Source: Bugula neritina (taxonomy: Eukaryota > Animalia > Bryozoa). Taken from it: 64,000 bases of DNA. Position 1 is the stretch's first letter. Each line of letters starts with the position of its first letter. The position numbers and the translations under genes were made by a program. Positions 38,701 to 51,316 of the stretch are shown here, one piece after another. Below the pieces are notes generated by a model. That model had not been told where the DNA came from. It ran no database searches and saw only the letters and a list, made by a program, of their open reading frames with translations. Where the stretch lies: assembly GCA_964035545.1 (NCBI GenBank), contig OZ037770.1, positions 10,174,973 through 10,238,972 of the forward strand. Reading direction: 5' to 3'.

Positions 38701-40147
38701 CTATCAGGAGTTTTTAGCAGGGATTGTAACTATAAACTTTCGTGAGTTTATATAAGGTGACCAGTATTAAATGTTATATAGTTTGTTTGTTTGTTTTATT
38801 TTGTCGTAGTGGGGGGGGAAATTAATTGAAAAAAAATAAACAAAATGACAGGGCCTATGGCGCAATAGCACTGTAGCTAGTCGAGGCACCGAGCCAGTGG
38901 TACTGACCAGTACTAAATGTTATATAGTGGTACTGACAGGGCTGTAAATATATCTAGTTTTACACGCTGGAACTGCATATAATGAAATGCACTCTGATTT
39001 TTATATACTAATAGATTTGTCTGGGACAGGGCTAATGGAACATTAGCATCTAATTGAGAATGTTATTATAGTTTTAAACTTATAAGCTTATTAAATATTA
39101 TAATGTATTACATTGGTGTACCATAATAAAGTATAAGCTAGGGCTACCGCTATTAGAATTATAATTACCTTATAGCAGTTTAGATACAAACCAATAAGAG
39201 AAACCTCCGTAGGCCGTGGTCACTGTACCAATTCTAGAAGCTATTTAAACTTATGCCCAATTATTTGTTATTTACATGTTATCAACTTTTTAGTTAGTCA
39301 GGCTGAAAAAATTTACTTGGCAACAACAAACCCTGAATAAAATTTAAAAAATAACTCAGAGAGGTCATGGGCAACCAAGTTTAACTGGAGACAAGATCCC
39401 GTAACAGTTAGAAGAGGTAAGTCGGAGATTTATCCCAGGTAATGAGGCATGAAGGTTGCCATAAGTTATATAACTTTTAGCTAATAGAAGTGAAGTTTTG
39501 AGAGCAAAAAACTTAAAGTACTTCTATGTGAAATACACCAGCAATCTAAAGGCATATTCCAGTTTGGTAATTTTGAAATGTACTTCATTTATAATACTTG
39601 GGTACACTCCCATAGCAGCATGGAAAATCAAACTGAGAGGTGAGCATTGGTTGTAAATAACGGGCAAGGCAACACTACTGTAGCCTTTTAAACCGTGTAC
39701 ATCTAGAAACATTCGCAACTGAAATTGTATTGGTAGAATTAGAGCAGCAGCACTAATTGAAAACACAATTTTCAACTTTGAAGGTTGCTTCTAAGGTTTT
39801 ATATTCTGTTTAGAAGGTATGGATCTTCTATAGAAGGCATTTAAATGTGCTCCTCTGATGTACAAAATAGCACATCAAAATAGTTATATCTTTAGGGTAG
39901 ATAATGAGTTTAATGATGGGCAGAGTTTTGATTTTAAGAAAACCCAAATATCACAAAATTCAACTTGACAGTTTCTAGAGAAAAACCAGCAACAACCCAT
40001 GTTACATAATCAATAGATGCTAGCAAACACATCAAGTACAAACTGAATCATGTGGGAGCACCACCAACTCTGCTGTTGGTATCCAAGCACTAGAGAAAAC
40101 TCACCTGCAGTAGGATCAGTTGCGTCACTCATTTCAGCGGCAGACAT
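20755..40147 (-). CDS. ANKRD6: Ankyrin repeat domain-containing protein 6 / Diversin / Diego-like, ~1220 aa
   Basis: Exons 40105-40147, 38205-38380, 32955-33053, 31417-31518, 29550-29648, 28276-28374, 27662-27760, 27041-27211, 26540-26704, 25854-25989, 25161-25318, 24410-24529, 23714-23863, 23013-23168, 22790-22907, 20755-22526 (3663 nt). Ankyrin exons of ~99 nt encode GNTALHEAAWNGWSKS, GCTPLHLAAQSGHNQS, GDTPLHTAARYGH and GDTSLHIAAA in the ANKRD6 order, followed by the family motif YRDLAGNVRQGPVGYVPNCQC. Confidence 0.88.
23225..23425 (+). mobile_element. tRNA-derived SINE family A
   Basis: GGGAGCAGCCGTGGCCTAGAGGTTAGAGCG...GGATTCAAACTCC...GGTGATGTTAGAAAGAGCATCCAG...CAGGGATGGTGACTATAAAC. Confidence 0.82.
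23581..23661 (-). mobile_element. tRNA-like repeat family B, diverged copy
   Basis: Reverse complement GTGTTGGCTGAGACTCCCCAGTAGC...GAGGTTCGATT resembles the 35159 and 48716 copies. Confidence 0.45.
24525..24763. repeat. 34-bp minisatellite x7 overlapping an ANKRD6 splice acceptor
   Basis: AAACCCTACATATAGCGTGTCACGTATTATATAT tandem units, no spacers. Confidence 0.92.
27521..27571. repeat. (CACT)n microsatellite with degenerate extension to ~27425
   Basis: Direct. Confidence 0.9.
29410..29513. repeat. 20-bp minisatellite (TTACACAAAAACTTACTTAC)
   Basis: Direct tandem copies just inside an ANKRD6 intron near a donor site. Confidence 0.85.
31749..31855. repeat. 17-bp minisatellite (TGACTTACAGTAACTCA-like) x6
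   Basis: Direct. Confidence 0.8.
33789..33853. repeat. 12-bp repeat (TACAATGCATAT) x5
   Basis: Direct. Confidence 0.88.
35159..35260 (+). mobile_element. tRNA-like repeat family B (pseudo-tRNA head with shared leader)
   Basis: GTAGTGTTGAG leader, A-box TAGTGTAATGG, B-box GTTCGAATCCC; stems not paired; homologous copy at 48716-48812. Confidence 0.6.
38532..38737 (+). mobile_element. tRNA-derived SINE family A with probable 11-bp TSD (TAAGGTGACCA)
   Basis: Full-length match to the 23225 copy; TAAGGTGACCA occurs just before the head and again shortly after the tail. Confidence 0.82.
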
Positions 40148-41371
40148 TTTGATTTAAATGTGTAAAAGTTATAATCTCATGGCAGACAGCACCATTAAAC
40201 ACCAACGGTATAAACCAGCGTGATACTAATGTTTACGGAAAACTGCAAGACTAAAAAATCTAGTGAGCCAATCTACGCTTCACTGCGTCAACCACTAATG
40301 AACTCTTTAAATCAGCCACCGTGCCAAGTAATTATGTGCAACGCTCCATAAAACTACGACAATCCATCATTCCGTTCAACTGCCAAATCTCTAAACCAAT
40401 ACAACACTTGGAGAATCAAAAATTCAATACTCAAACTACTAGCATTTTTTAGTTTTAACTTTTATAATAGACCTAGTCATGCAAGAGTCAGCGTGGTTGC
40501 ATTATCATCAGGCATCACTCAAACTAACATAAAGCATCTAGAACTTTGACTCAACAGAAATGTAAAATTGTCTAGTAGGCTAATACTTGTGTGAGGGTGT
40601 AGCAATATTGAACAAGAATTAGAAGCCAAAACAAAGTTTAATATGAAATTGAATAGGCTTATACTTATAGCAATATTAGTTCAGTAACACTAACTAACAA
40701 CTGTAAAGGTAGCAACTAGCAATCATGATCTTGAGGTGAAAATAATACATTAGTCGTCATTCGAACAGAATTCAATTCGCACGGACCCATTCAGCTATCC
40801 TATACTTTTTATATAAAAAGCCAAAATCCTGACATTCACTCTAAGTCTATAAGTTACTGTTGGTATAAAAATAAAATTAGAATATTTCAAATACCTCGGT
40901 TTAATTTTCCTATTGACAGTGCGACTGTAAGTGTGTACAACTCATTATCCTAATGACAGACTAGACAGCACGCATTTTAATCAATGTGATTATTAGTGAT
41001 TGAATTCCGTAGCTACTGCCAGACCCCGTGATAATAACTTTACTTCTAGCTAATGATTTTTCTATGTTGACCAATAAGTGCAGCGTAATGTATTGTGAGT
41101 AGCTTGTAGCTGTAAGCAAACAAAACTAGACAATGGCTCACATTATTGCGTATTATATCACCACATAATGGGAGTTGGTTCCCCTTCGCATAACATGAAC
41201 ACGTTAGTTAGAGGTGCGTCAGTTCTGACAATTTTAGTTTCTTTACCTATTGCACGTACAGAATGTGTTAGTTGCTATTAAAGTTATGGCCTTGTTACCT
41301 ATTTATTTATTGGTAAGATAATTGTTTAAAATTTAAATGGATCTATTAGGAAAAGTAGTTTTAGATGTTAT

Positions 41372-41450
41372 TGGCTACTTCTACTTCTACTACTACTTCT
41401 TACTACTGCCTTCTACTGCCTTCTACTGCCTTCTACTGCCTTCTACTCTA
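41372..41450. repeat. (CTA/CTT)n and 10-bp CTACTGCCTT repeat
   Basis: Direct. Confidence 0.8.
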
Positions 41451-44400
41451 CTAACTATATTATACTATAGTAATGTGTTGATTGGTCTATAATTTATCAG
41501 ATTCGTATTAGTATCACAACAGTTATAGCTTGTTTATTTAGTCGCTAGTGAACAGTTTTGTTGTAGGTTAGTGAAGGAAAATGGGCAGCTGATGGAAACC
41601 ATACCCTAACTGAAAATCTACAATCGTTGACTTTAGTATAAAATGATTGAATTATCTAATAATATCAGCTCATTTCTGGCTAATTTATTCGATAGAGTTT
41701 ATTAATACAATGCAAACAATTCAACATCTGTGGGCAGATTGTAAACAATAATAAAGTATGAACAAAGTATAAGCAAATTAATTATGGTAATTGAGGCAGT
41801 TTGAGGAAATATCAATACTGTATATAAAAGTGACTTTGTAATTTTCTAGCTCGACCTTACAGCAAATGGCTCTCAGAAATCAACTTTGTTTTATTTAATT
41901 GAAGCTAATTATAAAACAAAGCTACCATCTTAAGAATATTTATATATATTATGGTAGAGAAAAGCTCTAGGTATATATAGACACATTAGAGCATTAGAAC
42001 ATTTTAGCACAATATAGAATAATGTGAAAGTCAACATTTCTACAGGAAAATTTTTTATATAGGCATTCCAGTAGTTAAAAGGAGTTATTCTTTCTATGCA
42101 CCGAAATTGAATAAAATCATACTGAAGCATGCTTGTTACTATTACTAATCTGGCTGTAGGTTGTAGCCCTGCATGTGCTAATCTACATGATCAGAGTTGA
42201 ATTATTGCATCATCACTATGCACCTCTTTTATCCACAAAGTTGCAAAACATCTCCAATAGGAGATAAAAAATTATATCACTTCCACAATTTCACTACTTG
42301 AAAACACCACTTGTATAATTTTAGGTTTGCTACTAGATTTTGATGAAGTAGATATCAGCACAGCTCTAACCTCTTAGATTTAGCTCGTGTACATATTTGA
42401 ATTGATGATTAAGTAAATATGAAATTAGATATTATATTAACGTTTAACTGTTTGCTTCAATAGCATGCATCTCCACAGCAATTTTGTATTTTTTACATTT
42501 ATATTTATTGAATCCCGTTTTTTACAAGAATGCGCAGTAAATCTCTTACTACCCTGCACAAATATTGTGCAATCTATGGTAACATTAAAAGGTCAAGTTA
42601 AACTTGCTTCACTGTGTTTGATCAACAAACCTACAGACTCTGAGTTATTTATTACAATGCTTATGTCTGGAGTATGACATTATATAATTCGGTACCTATT
42701 TCTATTTTACAAAGCATCACGTTTTCTTGTAATGTAGTTGTTTCTATCATTTAGGAAAAGCAATATTAACTAAGATTTTAAACAGAAAGCTGGCAATTGT
42801 AGAATTTATGTCAATAACGTAGAGAAGTTATTAGAAGACAACATACAGCATCTAATATTCATATTGTGATGAGTTAAGAAAACAAGGTTGCAATATGCAT
42901 GTGTGATAGTACACAGTATAGCCTTGAAAACAATAACTGGGTGTCAATTATTAGATTAACCATCATTTACATTATAGTACCACAATAATACCATCCATTT
43001 ATAAGCAATTAAGGACAATTCCAAAAATACATAAATTTTGCACTCTACAATGCAGTCCTAGCATACTTCAAGTATGCAAATTCTTGTTAATTTCAAAGTG
43101 TCTGGTACAATCTTATACAAGCATGCCTAATTATGTAAAAATTATTATTGTGGAGTAGTATAATGTAGTTACTACACCAACTTTCAGCTTTGAAAAATAT
43201 ACATTGTTATATTGAGCTAGTATTCTTCTAGTTTTGGACTCAAAAAGGTATTAAGCTATCTAGCTCTAAATAACTTTAATGCATAGCAGTTAGCACAATA
43301 AAAAGTTTATAGAAGTAAAACAATACTATAAATGTGAGACCATATTTTCCATCTCTATTCTAAAACTAAAATTTTTTTTTACTCTACTTAGAACTGTTTA
43401 GACCAATTATTTGGTAATTTGCATTATTGGTTATGTGGGGTGAGTTTTGACACAACGTAGTGAGGATTTATACATGCAGCTGAAATTTACATCCTTTAAA
43501 TCTCTCATATTTTGGAAAACACTACCACATTGTTTTGTGGGTGTAACCAGGTTATCAGGCAGGAAGATACATCACATACAATGTGATTTGAGAGTTTTAT
43601 TATGTTGCAATATTATGACCAGATGCCCCTTCAACAGCACTAATGACACTGCCTAGATTTGCTTAAACAACTGCAACATGCATGTAAGTGGGCCAGAACC
43701 TTGTAACAGTTGGCTCTAAGCCATTCCTAGTACATTTTATATACTAATAAATAATTTTATGTAGCAACACCTATTACCTTGTACAACTACAACTATAGTA
43801 CACATCATGCAGCACTTCACTTGGTACACATACATATGATACTAGTGTTGGTGTGCTAAAAGTACGGTTGTACAATGCTTTAGGTTGCTATACCAATGAA
43901 ACTAGCTACTGCTAAAAGGATAAAACATGTATATTTTTACCTTGTCTAGTAGCAAGCGCTCAATATCCTTTTGAGTAACCTAATGCAGTGAAAAAGAATT
44001 TTAAATTAAACTGAAATACCAGCCGAAAGGTTTTATAAGCCTTTCCTCTCCTTTATAAATTGACTGCTTTTACTAAAACACTAACGCCTCTCACCAATTA
44101 GTATATGCATTTGTAACTGTTACATCAAACAACACAAGCCTTAACTAACTAACTTACAACTTTCAACAAAAGGTCTATTGAAAAATTGAAACCAATTGCT
44201 GATTATATGGTAATGATTGAGCAGTAAACTAATTATAGTAATAACAATACAAGCTAGCAGAGACAATGCCTGGTAAGTTTAGTAGCTTGGGTTAATGCAT
44301 TGCAACACGATATCAACTGATGCAATGTAATCCTAACGCCCTGGTGATTTTAATACATAATATGTAGCAGCATTGAAATGCTTTATCAAAGTATGCAGGC

Positions 44401-44956
44401 TACTGTACAAAGGCATTGCTATCAATAATATGGGGTCAACAGCAGCAACAAGCTGTAATAGGTTGAAAAGAAATTCAATCAAATTTATGAATGCAACTAA
44501 TTTCAGATTCTGTAGCTTAACAGCTAAAGTTACATTTTTCTAGAACTTAAAATTAATTATTTGGTGATAAGATAACTCTGGTTTTTAAAGAATAATTGAG
44601 ATGGAGTCCAGGAGAAAACAATTCCCAACTTTTACAGATTGCAAACTAAGTTCCCCTGTGTTCATTTGCAGAATGACATAATTTTTTTAATATTTAGTAA
44701 TTTTGTCGTTCAATTCTTTTACTTAAAAAGTTTTAATTAGAAGAAAAACACATAATAAATATTAACCCTTAAATTTTAAGTATGATTATTTAAAAAGTGA
44801 CTTAAGCATAGAAAGAAATACTTAATAAACTATTTCTTATATTTTAAGATCCCTGTTGCCTAATAAGTATGTAATACCAGAATTAGAGTGCTTTTGAGTT
44901 CTTACATAGTGGCTTAGTCATAATTATAGCACAGTTCATCAAGGATCTTTTTGGTG

Positions 44957-45032
44957 TATTTATAAAAAACTTTCGAGATGAAAACTCCCAACTATAGTTG
45001 GGAGTTTTCATCTCGAAAGTTTTTTATAAATA
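44957..45032. repeat. Perfect 76-bp loopless palindrome
   Basis: TATTTATAAAAAACTTTCGAGATGAAAACTCCCAACTA|TAGTTGGGAGTTTTCATCTCGAAAGTTTTTTATAAATA; 38-bp arms checked base by base. Confidence 0.95.
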
Positions 45033-48000
45033 TACAAAGTATGGATATCGCATATAAGTATTATAGTTGAGTTTAATGATAGCCTAGTTTTTTAAAACAG
45101 AGCTAAAGTTCTAGTTTGGCCCTGTGTTAAGTTCTTGGTTTTCTTTATTTATGAAACATGAAATGCCATACCGTAGCCTTTATTCTAGTGGTTGAAACTA
45201 TGGAGAGTTATCTACTTTTCAAAGCATTATAATTTGTTTTAAAAGGATATATTTTAAACAGTGCCAGTGGGGTAGCCAATGCTAAAGGCTACAGAACTTA
45301 TTCAATAGTATCTCTGATATGTTTAACAGATATTCTAAGAAGGGGTGATCTAAAACTACCCCAAATTATATCAATTATGATAATAAGTTTAGCTTATGTC
45401 AAACTCGTACACAGCGAAGTATTTCAAATAGGATATCCCTAAACGTGCAAACTTCCTACTGAATGCAAAGTATATAACAAATAGTTTTTCTATATTGGCA
45501 CCCATACAGTGGGATTATGGAAAATCCTGCAGTCTTTTGAATTTTAACTCTGATATGATTATAAATCATCATCAAGCTTTTCAATTTATCAGTTTGATTT
45601 GGTTAGATTACAGTTTGTCAGACTTTAACTTGTAATAAGTTCTAATATTAATTAAAATAAGTGCATAAATACATCAAGATAATATTACTTGCACTCTAGT
45701 GTATAAAATGTTTGCACACACAAAAAAACACAAAGAAAAAACCAATTACATTTTTTCTTTGTTCAAACCAGCAATATGTACAGTAATATTTGAAATTAGA
45801 AATATTGGTACTCTTTTGAAAAACTGGTACAGGGCAATGCAGTACATGTACCAGTAATGCTACTTCAATTCCCAACACTGAAGCATTAGCAACTTGGACA
45901 AAAGGAGTATATAATACTCAAGAAAATATTTCAGATTTAATTAAGTATTATAAGTGTATAAAATAATAAAACGTAATGATGTATATTATTTTGAAAGATT
46001 GCACAACTATAAATAATAATTAAGGGTGTAGAATGCAACTATAGCTTATGTAACACGTATACATGTAAAAGTAGGTCAGTACTTAGGCTTAATTACTGTG
46101 TAGAATCAGCCTACAACTTGTACAAGTCAATAAAATCTCAATCTGTGTTTTTTTCAAAGATGTATTAGCTAGTTTAGGCTTAGAATAAGCAGGCTTTTGT
46201 GCTTAAAATAGTTCATAACTAGTGCATTGAGACTTCTTACAAGATTATTAACTGGAATGATAACTCTTGATGACAATTCACTAAGTATAATTTTATGTTG
46301 AAAAAAACTTTGCTTTCAGTGAATGATTTTGTTTGTTTCACTTTAATTAAAAGTTTTCTTATAATTGCAGACTTTTAATATGAAATGACAAAAGATATGT
46401 AGATGGCACATTCAATGACACTTAAATTAACATTTGCACTATGAATTATTTAAATTAATAAATAAATAAGGGTGTCCAAAGGAAAGAGACAGACTTGCAA
46501 TTAATATATTTTGGTACTCTTTATATTAAATACAAATTAATAAATAACTCAAAGCATTTTTAGGCTCTGAAGATTGAGGGTGTGTGAAATGTCCAGGCAA
46601 TGGTGTGGCTACCACCACCAGCCACCACTGTCTGTCAATGTGGATCTCTAACAATTATTTTTCAATTAACTGAAAGTCAGTGACTTCACTCATTTCTTGT
46701 TTTAATTATAATAAACGTAAGAGTTGGAAATGCTGTTTCAACAAAATGAAAGTGTTAGATGATAGTTCCTATTACAAGGTATAGGTATTAAAAATTTTAG
46801 CAAAAGGCATTAACTAAAATGAAGTTACATTAATGAGACAAAAACTTGGTTTATAATTGTGAGTTTTTCTGAAACACTTTTGACATTTAGCATCCTGTTA
46901 ATTATAGACATGAGTTATGACAATATTTATTCTCTAATGATGTTTCAATTAGATCGATTGCAGGATTACATGTGCCAGCTTGCTGGTCAAGAGGTCAACA
47001 TCTTAGCAAGGAATAAGTTATGAGCTCTCTGCTATATTATCTAAATTGCAACATAAATTTCATTACACAACACGGAGACATCTTGAAAGCACACCAGCAC
47101 CATGTTTAATTCATGTTTCTAGATAGACTGTGATGGAGTAGCTGTAATTTGTGTAAATAGAAAATTGGTAGCAAAAAAATTAATTAGCTATTAACATAGT
47201 AGTGCTTCAGTCTACTATATAGACTTATTTATCAATACTTGACAGATAATTCATATTCTATATCTCTTACCAATGATAATATAATTATTTATTAGTTTAA
47301 AAGAAAATGATTGAAAGTTGCAAAAAGTTATTCAATTAGCTTTAACAAAAAAAGGGAAATAAATTAAATTTAGGCCTAGATTCTGGAAGATTGAGTCTAT
47401 GATTTATAGCCAATCAGCATTCCGGTAGCTGGAACAGTCAGCGGTAGTGTTAGTTTTACATTCAATAAGTAATATAATGACAGCAACAACATGTCATGCG
47501 TAGACATCCTTGTAAGAGTTATAAAACACGTGTTATGTTTTTAAAAGTTATCATGATTGAAAAAGGTGTCATCATATTTATGAAGATGGCATAGAGGTTT
47601 TTTCAAGAATTATACGAATGAAACGATTATAAAAATATTATAATATAATATATAATAGTTTAATAATTTAAAAATATTATACCTTTTATAAACCATATAC
47701 CAATGTTGTCTCTTAATTCGCAGCATTTTATTTACTTAATTTACTTCTGCAATGTAACTTATAGAAATGTGTTATTCACAGCAAGTCAGTTTCTTTTGTT
47801 TTGCAAATTTACTTTTCATTATACATCAATCAATATAATTGAAAATTGGTGTTGACCCATTACTGTATGTAAATTATTGCCGTTTGTTTTATGACATTGC
47901 ATCAATTGTTTATTAATTAATTAAAGTTTGCCAAGCACACCCTTTCTCGGACTAATTGGACCTGACTCGCACTGATCACGTATTTAAGTGCTTACCAGCT

Positions 48001-48715
48001 TAGCCAAGCTTCAAACTTATTTTTAACTGCAAATTGCCTTAGTTAATTTTTTTTCTTAAAATATACAAAGCAGTCACCATTTCTAGAAACGTCTGTTTAA
48101 CCGTTTATCAGTCTTTTAAAAGTATTTTCTTTTCCCGTGCAGATCAATTGTACTATTTAAAAACTCATCTAATTAAATGATGGGTTTATACTCAGTATTT
48201 CCGACATTGAGCTTAACAATAAATATCTCCAGCATCTAAAAGTTTTAAATCTGCACTTCCTTAAGTTCAATAGTTTAAAAAGTAATAAGACTGAGCAAGT
48301 TTCAGTAAAGCTTTCAGCGTTGTAGTTGAGATAAAAAATTTTCAAGTTTGTGTGATTGTATTTTGCAGCATTTGACAATCAAAAATGAGAATCGATAGCA
48401 TTAATGTCCAAAATGCATTTTCAACATATTTTGCAGCTTTTTAAAAATAAATCTACATTTTTATGAAAATGACACAAAATTAAAGCATGCAAAGTCTTAT
48501 CTGCAAATTATTTTTGTAGGAAACCCATGTGTTATAAAATATTATTTTGCTAATTTGATCAAAGTGGCAACCTTATATAAAATAATTATAAAATAACATT
48601 GCTTGCTTAAATAAACTGCCCATAATATTATAATCCAAGCAAACAATGAAAGCCAAATAGCAACAGAAAACTTAACTTTGAGGTTTTGTGGTCGACCTGC
48701 AGCAATCTATAAAAC

Positions 48716-48812
48716 TTTTTCCGCCACAGGGATCTAAACCCGAGACCTCCAGCTTGCTAGCAGATGCACTAACCATTGCACCACAGCAGCTATTAGGCTA
48801 ACTCAACACTAC
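48716..48812 (-). mobile_element. tRNA-like repeat family B
   Basis: Reverse complement TGTAGTGTTGAG...TGGTGCAATGGTTAGTGC...GCAAGCTGGAGGTCTCGGGTTTAGATCCC aligns with the 35159 copy. Confidence 0.6.
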
Positions 48813-48868
48813 ACAGACATCATATCAATTAAATGTAACTTTTTGCCAAATTCAACGTCTGCACTTAC

Positions 48869-49142
48869 CATCTGAGTCATACTCATCGTCCGTCTGCTGA
48901 ATAAGCAACTCCTCATAGTCTCCTGCACCAGAGTCCAGAAAATACTTAGAAAGCGCTGTGCTTAACGAGCCAATAGCGTAATAAGGCTTTTCTTCCGTAT
49001 TCTGCCGCCAAGAACTGCTTATGTCACTTTCTGCTTGATAGCTGGTCTGTCTGACGACAGCATGGTTTATTTGAGACAGGCGTTGCTGCTCTTCAGATGT
49101 TAGAAGCTGTGTGCAATTTGTTATGGAAAATTTCCTAATCAT
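48869..49142 (-). CDS. Candidate alternative first coding exon of ANKRD6
   Basis: 91-codon open frame with higher GC than its surroundings, ending in a consensus phase-1 donor G|GTAAGT that is compatible with the phase-1 acceptor at 38380. Confidence 0.45.
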
Positions 49143-51208
49143 CTTTAGAAGATCCTTTTAGTCTATCAACTAAACTTAGAATTATTTGCAATTAAACGTG
49201 ATTTATAATAAGAAGCATAATAATTATTATGCATCGAGAGTTTTTCCACTGATTCGCTGTTTCTTGAAAACTTACTTTAAACTTCCAGCAACAACCTCTG
49301 AAGAAAGTTCAGATTTGAATTTCTTCAAAGTATCTCCTGAAGCTATTCATGGATCTCCATATAAAATATCTTTAGCCTTAAAACCATTCAACAAGAGCAG
49401 CCCTAGTCGTAGTCTATAGTCCAGGAACTTAGTACTTTTCACCTCTCAGCTGAAGTAGTCTTTATCCGAAAATGGTATGACTAAGAAACTTTTCGGAGGT
49501 CATTATTGTGCGATTAGCTAACTGTAAGTGATAATCTTAATGCAGTTGTAGAAATGTGGTCAGATGGAAGAAGAATTGCCACGATGATTGTGCAGTGATC
49601 CGATGAGGGTTTCTCAGAAGTCAAGTGTCTAAATCAAGATGGTGTGTAGTTTATATCCTCTATGCTAAGACTCCCTTTAGTGATTGATAGATATGACACG
49701 GTTCAGTGGCTACACGTCTTGAACTGTGGCTAAGATTTCCACTCGTGTAATAATTTACTACTTCACAGAAGATTATATAATGGGTCTGCTACTTCATATG
49801 AAACTTATACTGATAAACTATTTGCAACTTTTTAAGAATAAATAACAAGTAACTAAAGGGTTTGAAAGCTAAACACTGGACTATTTATTCAAATAATAAC
49901 TTGATTAATTTTTGTCACGAGCTCTCAAATTCATATTATTTCTCAATATATAATTAAACAATGCTATATAGTAACGATAACTATAGTACGTGTTGCTGTT
50001 TTTGTTGATTTATAATGATAGTTATTGTAGTAAAATTTAAGGCATAACTTATAATATATAAATTATTTTCAATAGCTTCATAAATTTACACGGGAGCCAA
50101 ATGGCAACAAACTAAACCTATTTGCAAACTAAATAATAATATATACTGCATAGCTGTTCAACATCACTTTCAAAATTACCCATATGCATATATTTATAGT
50201 GGTTTGCCTGCCCATATTAATGGTTTTGAGGCACCTTTGATTTACTATAACATTATTTTTCAGCTATATGCATAGAGTCGTAGACCATCGAAACTTTTGT
50301 ATCTTGACTGAATAACAAAGTTTCATCAAGTACAGCCAATTTTTCTTGAGCAGAAAACTCCAACTTTATAAGTTGAAATAAATATTATAACTGTCATCCT
50401 ATTTGCAAAGTTAACCGCAAATTAATATTTTTTAAATTGTATTTTATGAAAAGATACGTTGTAGTCTCTACAGCACCTACGAATTACAACTATTTGGAAA
50501 TATATGCTGTTTTAAACATATTTGAAAACATAAGCATTTTTTCTTTAAATACTAATTTGCATATAATACATACAACATTATTTTCTAAAATTCCAATGCA
50601 CTAAGTATATGCATTAAGTTATTTTGCTAATGCAATAACTAATATTTTTTAACTTCGAGCTAAAAAATGCCACGTCATTTTATATGTAAGATTTTAAGAA
50701 TACATGGTACATGGATACTGACACCCTTGGACGTTTTCAAAAAATAAGCTCCATAGGTGATGTTGTTTACAAATTGTTTGCTGAAAACTTAATGTTTAGC
50801 CTTATGACTGTGAAAAAATTTACATTTGAAATAAAAACACGTAAAAGAGTAAGGTAAAAATCATATTAAACATGAAACCATCTATTATATGTGTCAAAAT
50901 CTCAGATGTCGTTTAAGGCATATTAGTACAATTTAGACAGCTATATAATACAATTAAATGTACTATATTAACTATTATATGGATGTGTAATACATCATGT
51001 CCAATTTCAACTAAACTGTAAAGCAATTTTCATTTGTGTTAGAATATTTGGCAAAACATTCAGTTTTTAAATTTGAATTTTAGAGAGTTACAGTCATTCA
51101 GCTTCAAAACTCTTTAGATATTTATCAATTGTGGCTCAATCCATTTGACTGATTTTAAATAATATGAAAATGATTATTCTATAATTTAATACAACCTATA
51201 TAGGCTTA

Positions 51209-51316
51209 GCAGATGCTGAAGATCGAGTTCGATGGAGATGTCTGGTAGAACTTGGTATCAAGCAAAAACCCGCCACCCAAGCAGGACCATGGCAGTGAAA
51301 GGTGACCAAGGTGACC
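51209..51316 (+). mobile_element. 5'-truncated RTE-type LINE 3' end with 11-bp TSD
   Basis: Encodes ADAEDRVRWRCLVELG...* (A-x-D-R-x-x-W-R motif typical of RTE ORF C-termini), has an (AAGGTGACC)2 tail and is flanked by ATATAGGCTTA at 51198-51208 and 51317-51327. Confidence 0.8.

Noticed and set aside
49276-49440. Further upstream coding exon next to the GTAAGT at 49270-49275
   Set aside because: All three frames contain stops; at most a 5' UTR exon.
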